From assembly GCA_951406725.2 (NCBI GenBank), contig OX597814.1, forward strand, positions 194,618,001 through 194,682,000: DNA of 64,000 bases, given 5' to 3'. Shown here piece after piece: positions 13,478 through 64,000 of this stretch (position 1 is its first letter; each line of letters begins with the position of its first letter). Under the pieces are notes generated by a model. The model was not told the origin of the DNA. It worked only from the letters and a program-made list of their open reading frames with translations, and ran no database searches. Both the position numbers and the translations under genes were made by a program. Origin of the DNA: Octopus vulgaris (lineage: Eukaryota).

Positions 13478-16400
13478 TAGATACATTAACATTTTAGCAT
13501 TTGAACCAGCCATATCCAGCCCAAATATTTTGTCTGTTTTCAGTTCAAACTGGCCTAATCTTGTCTCTCACACAAACCCTACAATGTCCTTCTAAAAATA
13601 AGCTATCACATCACTGGAATCTCAAAGATACTGCTAAGTTGATTCACAACGATACTCTTTAACTCTTTTACTTGTTTCAGTCATTTGACTGTGACCATGC
13701 TGGAGCACTGCCTTTAGTCGAGCAAATCGACCCCAGAACTTATTCTTCGTAAGCCTAGTACTGAAAGCAATGAAGTCATAAAAGAATCATCCATAACTTG
13801 CAATAAACATTTATTAAACGTTATTACTGTTATTTCTTTATTTTCTGCAAACAAAAGGCACAAAAAAGCTACACGTTTGCATTATGTTATATGTACAATA
13901 ATAATAAAGGACGTTACCGTATACCTTTTTACAAACCAAGGCCGTTATATAGACCTCCTTGACTCAAGTTAGAGAAGGGGTGCGTATTATACACAAGGTT
14001 TAGGTTTTTCAGAGGTACGGCCCCCTAAAAATCCCCTGCGTATTATACTCAAGAGCAGACTATACTTGAGGATTTACAGCATGCATTATTATGTTTGGTT
14101 CAAATTACTGGACAGTCATTGCGGGAACAGCCTGATCAGGGCTCACTTGGGCCTTAATAACAACAACAACAACAACATTAACAATAGACATTTATAACAT
14201 GAAAGTTTTATGGTTGAATGGTTGGGCAATTGAGAAGTTTCTTATTTCTTTATTGCCCACAAGGGGCTAAACATAGAGGGGACAAACAAATGGATTAAGT
14301 CGATTACATTGACACCAGTGCATAACTGGTACTTAATTTATTGCTCCTGAAAGGATGAAAGGCAAAGTCGACCTCGGCGGAATTTGAACTCAGAACGTAG
14401 CGACAGACGAAATACTGCAAAGCTTTTTGCCCGGCGTGCTAACGTTTCTGCCAGCTCACTGTCAAATTGAAAAGTTTCTGTTTCTCTGCCATCTTATGAA
14501 TCTTCATGACTAAATAAGCACGAATAAATAAAATTAATTAAAAAGTAAATAAAATCCAACCAAAAAAAAACAACATAATTAATGAGAAGAATACGACAGC
14601 TTTCAAGGTTTTTATTCATTTATTTATTTACTTATTTTACATCAAAAATTCCCTCAAATTTTTCTGTCTTTAAAATTTCATTCATATTGAAAAAATAAGT
14701 TTGAACTTCTTCAGGCCTAGCCACATTGATTCTCAACCCCAGAGTAGTAGTAATAGTAGTAGTAGTTGTCCTTTCTACTATAAGGCCTGAAATTTAGGGG
14801 CTGAAAGTTAGTTGATTACATCGAACCCAGTGCTCAACTGGTACTATTTTATTAACCCTGAAAGGATGAAAAGCAAAGTCAACCTTTGAATAGAATTTGA
14901 ATGAAGAATGTAAAGATGGACAAAATGTCTGGTGCAGTGACAATTCTGCAAGACTCCAGGAGCTCCAACAAAACCTGAGTCAATAATAATAATAATAATA
15001 ATGATGATTTGATTTCAGATTTTGATACAAAGACAGCAAGTTTGGGGGGAGGGGGTAAATTGATTATATTGACCTCAGTGCTTAAATGGTACTTATTTCA
15101 TTGACCCCGAAAGAATAAAAGGCAAAGTTGACCTTGGTGGAATTTGAACTCAGAACACAAAGACGGAAGAATTGCCATGAAGCATTTAGCCCTGCATGCT
15201 AATGATTCAGCTAGCTCGCCACCTTAATAATAATAATAATCATATTCCTTTCTACTAGAAGCAAAAGGAGCCTCAGCGGAATCTGAACTTAGAATGTAGT
15301 GGCAGACGAAATACCTATTTAATAATAATAATAATAACAATAATATAATAATGATGATGATTTCAAATTCTGACACAGAGTCAGCAAATTTGGAGGAAGA
15401 GGTTAAATTGATTATATTGATCTCAGTGCTTGACTGGTATTTATTTTATTGACCCCGAAAGAATAAAAGGCAAAGTTGACCTTGGTGGAATTTGAATTCA
15501 GAACGTAGCGGCAGACGAAATACCACCAAGCATTTCGCCTGGCGTGCTAACGACTCTGCCAGCTCACCGCCTTAATAATAATAATAATAATAACAATAAT
15601 CCTTTCAACTGGAAGTACAAGGCCTCAAATATGGCAGGAAGGGATTAAGTCGCTTATATCGACTCTAGTGCATAAGTGGTACTTATTCGACCCTGAAAGA
15701 ATGAAAGGCAAAGTTGATAATAATAGTTGTTTCAAATTTTTCCACAAGGGCAGCCATTTTGGGGGAGGGGATAAGTTGATTTCATCAACCTCCGTAAAGA
15801 TGAACGGCAACGTTGACCTCGGTGGAATTTGAACTCAGAATGTATTGACGGATGAAATACTGCTAAGCATTTTGCCCGGTATGCTAACGATTCTGCCAGC
15901 TTGCTGCCTTCATAATAATAATAATAATGATGATGATGATGTTTCTAACGTAGGCACAAAGCTGGAAATTTATGTTTATACTGACCTCAGTATTTGACTA
16001 ATATATTATTTTATTGACACTGGAAGGAAGAAGGGTAAAGTTGAACTCTATTATACATGGGAGGTGGAGATTCTGAAGGTGGAAGGAGAGCACAGGTGGT
16101 AAAGGACTGAATTAAAAAATTAGGTTGAGTTTACAGTCTTCTACTACCCAAATCCACTAACTTAAGCTAACATTCCCTCATCCCCAACTAGCTATGTGCT
16201 TAATTAATCTTATGAAATAAATAATTATATAAATGAATTTTATATTGTTGTGAGGATTCTTCCCTGTCAATGCTGAGACCCCCCTTCTGTCATGACTGAC
16301 CATGGGATTGTACCGAGAAAGTTATCCTCCCAGGCACAAGTCCTGCAAGGTTGTTTATGGAAGACCAGCAGTCGCTCATGCATACCGACCTCCTCTCTCT

Positions 16401-17129
16401 ACACCACCAGTGTTATCCAAGGGAAAGGCAAAGGCCGATACAGCTTGGTACCAGTGACGCCGCAACTCATTTCTACAGCCAAGTGAACTGGAGCAATGTG
16501 AAATAAAGTGTCTTGCTCAAGAACACAGACTGGTCCGGGATTTGAACTCACAACCTCAAGACCATAAGCTCGATGTTCTAACCACTGAGCCATGCACTTC
16601 CCTTTCAATAAACAACTGTATAATATCACCAATAAAGGATCATATAAGAATATTTCCATAAGCCAGTGGGACTCATAAACCAGTTAATAAAAAGTTGGGT
16701 CACCTCCTGCAGAGGATGCTAGTCCATCCTAGTGTGACATTCCCAAAACACATTGTACCAATTTCCAACAATTAGGTAAACTAATCCTCCTCCTTGGTCA
16801 CATCTTACACGACCACGACCACCACCACTGTCATTGTGATGTTGGCATGAAACAGATGAATCTGTGGTCTATCATGTTACCATTCTTTTCTATCCTGCAT
16901 TATCTTGTCTGTGAGACCCAAAACCCTTAAGTTAAACCTTCCTAGTTTTTCCTGTTTTCTACTGCCATGTAACCCCCCCCCCTCCACTCCCAGCCAATAA
17001 ACTCACAAAACTGTGTTACCCACTAGAAAGACATCAATGTTGTGGCTTGCAAAGCCTTTTTTGATTTTCTTCAATAGTTTTGATGAAAAGATAAAAAATA
17101 GCAAATACTGAAATAGTAAAAGAGTTCTA

Positions 17130-17335
17130 CTTCATATTTCGTTTTTGGATTTGGTTTGCAAGATTCTTTATATGAGTTCGTGTGTTGAAACATATTCTGT
17201 TGTGTCTGAGGAGAGTCATTTTCTTTTTGTGCCTTATAATGTAACACACTCACCGGTAAAATTTCCACTTATTTCTTATTTTCATTTTCCTAAAATTTTC
17301 GTTGCGTCTTGCAAACCTTTTCAATAGTCTTGACT
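17130..17335 (-). mobile_element. Penelope-like pseudo-LTR remnant with a hammerhead-like motif
   Basis: Homologous to the palindromic copy at 58497-58752; HHR-like motif at 17290-17327. Confidence 0.5.
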
Positions 17336-20300
17336 ACATCATTTTGGACTACAAGCGACTTGGTGACCCCACTGGCTCTACATAAGAAGCACCCAGTCCA
17401 TTCAGTAAAGTGGTTGGCACTAGGAAGGGCATTCAGCTGTAGAAACCAGGCCAAAACAGGCAACTGGGGCTTGGTGCAGCTCCCCAGCTTCTGTAAAACC
17501 GTCCAACCCATGCCAGCATCAAAAACGGACATTAAATGATGATGGAGTCCATTTTCTGACTCCAAAGACTCTCCTGCAAATCTAAAATAATTTGCTTTTA
17601 TACTTGTTCTGCAGACTATTATTCTGACATTGCATACAGCAAGACTCAATCCTCATCCTGATTCTAATGTCCACTTATCCATGCTTGCATGGTGTTAGAC
17701 AGACTTTGCTGAGGTAGATTTTCTACAGCTGGATGCCCTTCCTGTCACCAACCCTTACCTGTTTCCAGGCAAGTAGGATTGAAAATGAGGGGCCGTCACT
17801 TGTATGGCAGTGACAATCGTTTTACAACTACCACCTTATACCTATTTCTTTACTACTCATAAGGGGCTAAACACAGAGAGGACAAACAAGGACAGACAAA
17901 CGGATTAAGTCGATTATATCGACCCCAGTGTGTAACTGGTACTTATTTAATCGATCCCGAAAGGATGAAAGGCAAAGTCGATCTCGGCGGAATTTGAACT
18001 CAGAACGTAATGGCAGACGAAATACTGCTAAGCATTTTGCCCGGTGTGCTAACATTTCTGCCAGCTCGCCGCCACAATTACCACCTTATATCAAGACAAT
18101 GGATGTCTTTTCTCTTTTACTTGTTTCAGCTATTAGACTCCAGCCATGCAGGGACTCCATCTTGAAAAGTTTTTTAAGCCTTGGACTCATTCTATCAGTG
18201 CCATTTGCCGAACAGCTAAGTTATAGCAATGTAAACAAACCAACACCAGATATCAAGCAGTGGTGAGGGACAGACACATCCACCCACACATGATGGGCTT
18301 TTTTCAGTTTCCATCTACCAAATCCACTGCATTAAGCTCCAATTGTCTGTTTTGGCATGGTTTCTACAACTGGATGCTCTTCCTAGCGCCAACTATTTTA
18401 CAGAGTGTGGACTGGGTGCTTCTTATGTAGTGCCAGTGGGGTCACCAAGTCGCTTGTAGTCCAAAATGACGTAGAACTCTTTTACTATTAGTATCAAAAC
18501 TTTCCACTTCTATAGTAGAAAACACGCGCCCAAAGTGGGATTGAACCTGGGACTATGTCGTTGAGACGTGAACTTCTCACCACACAGCCAGGCCCACTCC
18601 TATACATATATTTCAATCATTATTATAATCATTATGAGTTACCACTTATAAATTTTTAACCCATTTCAACCCACCTCTAATCTTATTACCTATTTCTTTA
18701 CTACCCACAAGGGGCTAAACACAGAGAGGACAAACAAGAACAAATGGATTAAGTCGATTACATCGACCCCAGTGCATAACTGGTACTTATTTAATCGACC
18801 CTGAAAGGATGAAAGGCAAAGTCGACCTGGGTGGAATTTGAACTCAGAACGTAGCGGCAGACGAAATACCGCTAAGCATTTCGCTCGGCGTGCTAACGTT
18901 TCTGCCAACTCGCAGCCTTATTATTACTTGTGTTTCACTTCCCAGGGGCTTTTACTAAAATCTAGTGCCCTACCCTGTACACCCACTTTTAATTTCATTA
19001 TTACCATAGCCCTGTCATTTCCCCACCCCATGTTCCACTTTGTCCATTCATTTCTAATTTCCTTATTAGTGCTAATGTGAAGATGAAGATCACCATCACG
19101 ACAACGAAGACCATCACCACCTGTGTCACCACCACCTTCACCACTGCCACCATCATGTTTGAATGAAAATCGTTGGTAAAGTAAAAATTTATTAATTGAT
19201 TCGTTAATCAAATACTAATAAAGTTTAATATTTTTTATGCTTTCTATTAGTTCAGTATTTATTAAAAAAAAAAAGAACAGTTTTAAACCTTTTGTTATCA
19301 TATTTCTGTTGGGATTCTCTATGTTTCTTTCAATTAATTTTAAATATACTCTCTCTTTTACTCTATTACTTGTTTCAGTCATTTGACTGCGGCCATGTTG
19401 GAGCACCACCTTTATTTGACCCCAAGACTTATTCTTTGTAAGCCTAGTACTTATTCTATCGGTCTCTTTTGCTGAACCGCTAAGTTACGGGGATGCAAAC
19501 ACACCAGCATTGGTTGTCAAGCAATGTTGGGGAAACAAACAGACACACACATATATACGACGGGCTTCTTTCACTTTCCGTCTACTAGCTGGGGAACACA
19601 TACGCCATTGAAACCAGGAAACCAGGTCCATGAGCCTGGCTAGGCTTTAAAAGGGTGCATTTATTATTATTTAATTAGTAAGATAATTAATCGGTTACTT
19701 ATGATCATTCAGATGATAAAAAAGAATTCATATTTGCCTTGTTTAACCCTTTCGTTACTAACTTGGCTGAAACCAGCTCTGGCTCTGTCGTACAAATGTC
19801 TTGTTTTCATAAGTTTTGAATTAAAATCTTTCCCCAAACCTTAATCGCAATTCATGTTCCTAACACTAGCTTAATGATAACGAAGTCATTTTACTAAATT
19901 CTTTGTTATATTTAAAATAATTGAAAGCAACACAGAGCATCTCAAAAGAAATATGGTAATGAAAGGGTTAAAGGATAAAAGTGAACAATAAACTCTTTTG
20001 AATTTATCTATATAAATGTGTGTGTGTATGTATATATGTATGTATAAATATATGATGATGATGGTGTGTGTGAGAATGTATATATGTATGCATTTATTTA
20101 TTCATTTGTTTAAACCCACCATTTTCCAATGCTAGCACAGATAGAGTAGGGGTTTATTTGAGACAAATTTTATTAGCCAGATGCTCCTCTTGTTGCTAAT
20201 CCTTCCTTGATTTTCAAATAAGGGAGTTTTTATTATTTTTTTATCTATACCTCACAGGTCCTTAAAAGCATAGAATATTTGCAGAAGTGTCAACATCACA

Positions 20301-21045
20301 TCACTGCCATGTTAGCTACAAGACAAGCAGTGACAAAAAAAGAGCTATGAAATTTAGTAACATTTGCATGCAAACACACACACATATGTGTGAGTATAAT
20401 ATTTCTTATCTTGGTTGAAGCGGTCACTTGCTATTCAAGAGTTTGTCCCATGTGTTGACAAGGCAATCAGTTATAACTTGCCACAAGGTGTTTTATGCAT
20501 CGCTCTACTGCTTATTTCTAATATAGGCACAAGGCAAGAAATTTTTTGAGTTAGAATATAATTGATGAGATCAACCCCAGTATTAAATGCTTTTATTTTA
20601 TCAACCCCAGAAGAATAAAACCTGGTATGATTTGAACTCAAAATGTAAAGGTACATACCTAATTAGCACAAAACATTTTGTCTGGTGCTCCACCGACTCT
20701 ACAACCTTAAAAGTAAAAACGCTAAGTACCAAGACAACACAATCAGCATTACTAATATACATTTGTGAATTATCTACAAAATATCACATAATTTAAAATA
20801 CAAAGTCCTGAATTATTTGTTGTTGTTATGTCACTCTTTGGTTGTTGTACTTAATTAAACACATCAATATGATAAAAAGTAGCCAGGAGATTAAATTCCA
20901 TAGATATCGAAGACAAAGCCCAGGCAGTTTCTCCTCAACTTATTTCCTTGAAACAGAAGGGAAGTGTTTTTTTTTTGCCCTTCATAAATCTTCATATGTT
21001 ATATTGATTAAATCGACGATAATAAATATCATTCGCTTCTTTCTC

Positions 21046-21051
21046 TTTATT
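21046..21051 (-). promoter_or_regulatory. Candidate polyadenylation signal AATAAA
   Basis: tttatt on the + strand, about 170 nt downstream of the stop. Confidence 0.4.
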
Positions 21052-21222
21052 CTTTACCACAATATTTATAAATATATGTACAGATATGTACATCAACCAC
21101 TCCCGCGTCTTCTCGGACGTGTAAGTCTACACAGAAATGAATTATTACACAGCCTAATCCAGTTATAAATTAAGGCCGAGCAGTGACAATATTCTTGATA
21201 GACGTTATGCATCTACACTGTT

Positions 21223-61906
<40,684 letters not shown>

Positions 61907-62252
61907 CTGAAATTAAAAATTTAACATTGTATAAATCATATCACATCCCAGATACAGACTCACTGGTGGGGATCTGTGTCCTCTCGCTGTCTTTTCTACC
62001 ACTACTGCTTTTGCATATGGCTCATACTTATATCAGAAATTTCTTTAATATTTGTAGAGGCATGGTTTGGGTGGTCAGAAGTAACACTTCATTTCACAGA
62101 GTGGCTGTGTGGTAAGTAGCTTGCTTACGAACCACATGGTTCTGGGTTCAGTCCTTGGGCCTTCTACTATAGCCTCGGGCCGACCAAAGCCTTGTGAGTG
62201 GATTTGGTAGAAAGAAACTGAAAGAAGCCCGTTGTATATATATATCTAAATA

Positions 62253-62285
<33 letters not shown>

Positions 62286-62689
62286 TTGTGTGTCTGTGTT
62301 TGTTGCCCCAACATTGCTTGACAACAAGAATCAAGAGTAAAAAAACAGAAACTGTTAGACAGGTGTTTGCCTGAAATGGTATCCTAGAAACAGGAGTAGT
62401 ATAACTATGCCTGTGAATTTCCTGATAATTACATGAGTTTGTTCTATGCAACCAGATGACCAATAAAAATTTTCCTTGTGGGTCAATACCAGTGCCACCT
62501 GATTGGTTCCCTGTGCCAGTGGGACATAAAAAGCATCATCTGAACATAGTTCATGCCAGTGCCCTGCCCTGACTAGCACCCGTGCCAGTAACACATAAAA
62601 AGCACCATCCAAACGTGGTCGATGCCAGTGGTGCCTGACTCATTCCTGTGCTGGTGGCACATAAAAAGCACCCACTACACTCTCATTAG

Positions 62690-62930
62690 GGTTGACGAAA
62701 GCGATGTGGTGGACAACGAAAAGCCTGGCTGATGACAGTCAAGGCTGATCTGGAACCCAAGCTAGGTCCCCATATCTACGGCATTCGCCGCTGGAATGAG
62801 TGGTTGGAGATCACGTGGTCGTTGGCCTCAAATTGCCAGGTCTGGTTGGCATTAGTGAGAGATGCAGCATTGAAGATGAATGAAGCCAGCTCAACCCACC
62901 CCGGGTGAATGCTGTCTCAAGACAAGACAA
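62690..62930 (+). mobile_element. RTE LINE 3' end fragment
   Basis: GGQRKAW...VKADL...YGIRRW..W...A.....W...VRD, with a CAAGA tail. Confidence 0.7.
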
Positions 62931-63099
62931 GGCTACACTCTCAGAGTGGTTGGCATTAGGAAGGGCATCCAGCTGTAGAAACACTGCCAGATCAGATTGG
63001 AGCCTGGTGCAGCCTACTGGCTTGCCAGTTCTCAGTCAAGCCATCGAACCCATGCCAGCATGGAAAGCGGACGTTAAACGACGATGATGATGATGATCC

Positions 63100-63430
63100 T
63101 AAGGTGTTTGAGAGAAGCAATGCAAAGAAAGCAGCCTAGATGCCATATCCTGACAATGCACCTGTTCACACATCACCCTTTATCTGTGATTTCTCTTTTT
63201 GGTATAGTATGAAATTACTCTTGTCTACGCCCCAGTCACTCTACCGTCTGAGAACTTTAAAAAAAATTTTGTTTTCAAGATTGAAATTCAACCTGAAAGG
63301 TAATCAATTCCACCCGAGAAAAGAAGAAAAAAATCGCAATAAGAACTGTGCTTCACCCCTGGAAACATGTTCCAGAACTGGAAAAATCCTTGGGAGTGAT
63401 TTATCAAAAGTGTGGAAGACAAGTATGATT
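63100..63430 (+). mobile_element. Mariner transposase catalytic-domain remnant
   Basis: DNAPVHTS...LFSRLK..LKG.QF. Confidence 0.6.
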
Positions 63431-64000
63431 AAAATGTAAACAAAGTGCAGGAGTGGCTGTGTGGTAAGTAGCTTGCTTCCCAACCACATGGTTCCGGGTT
63501 CAGTCTCACTGCATGGCAACTTGGGCAAGTATCTTCTACTATAGCCTCAGGTCGACCAAAGCCTTGTGAGTGGATTTGGTAGACGGAAACTGAAAGAAGC
63601 CAGTCGTATATATGTATATGTATGTGTGTGTGTTTTTGTCCCCCCAACATCGCTTGACAACCGATGCTGGTGTGTTTACGTCCCCGTAACTTAGCGGTTC
63701 GGCAAAAGAGACCGGTAGAATAAGTACTAGGCTTACAAAGAATAAGTCCTGGTATAGATTTGCTCGACTAAAGGCGTTGCTCCAGCACGGCTTCAGTCAA
63801 ATGACTGAAACAAGTAAAAGAGTAAAGCAATGAAGTTTGGAATTTCTAATTGCTTTTAAATTCTCCTGAAATTCGAACACAGTTCATCCATTGGAGTCAT
63901 CTCCGTAAATGAGTTTTTACCGCAGTGCGTAAAACTGGAAGCATTTTTATGGTGAACAAAATGCAGAATTTTTCCGCCAAGCTTTGAATGTTATTCTAGA

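Overview
Repeat-rich, AT-rich animal genomic DNA. The SINE/LINE content and microsatellite density suggest a coleoid cephalopod, probably Octopus (inference). The one clear host gene is a valyl-tRNA synthetase, most likely mitochondrial VARS2, on the minus strand. I reconstructed 25 GT-AG coding exons from 61906 down to the stop at 21223. All phases join, giving 2967 nt (988 aa plus stop) with HLGH and KMSKS motifs; the start-codon exon was not identified. The rest is tRNA-derived SINEs; RTE, RTE-X, CR1 and R4/Dong LINE fragments; Penelope-like remnants; mariner, Merlin-like, piggyBac-like, hAT and Helitron non-autonomous elements; a solo LTR; and microsatellites. The most unusual items: (1) a 520-bp foldback built from two inverted LTR 3' halves with its own 4-bp TSD; (2) Penelope-type remnants carrying minimal hammerhead ribozyme motifs, one with a U3-A8 core covariation; (3) an RTE insertion with twin-priming-like inversion and a 14-bp TSD; (4) (TAA)n-targeting R4/Dong clusters next to VARS2 splice sites. 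Repeat-family names come from pattern recognition, not database searches.
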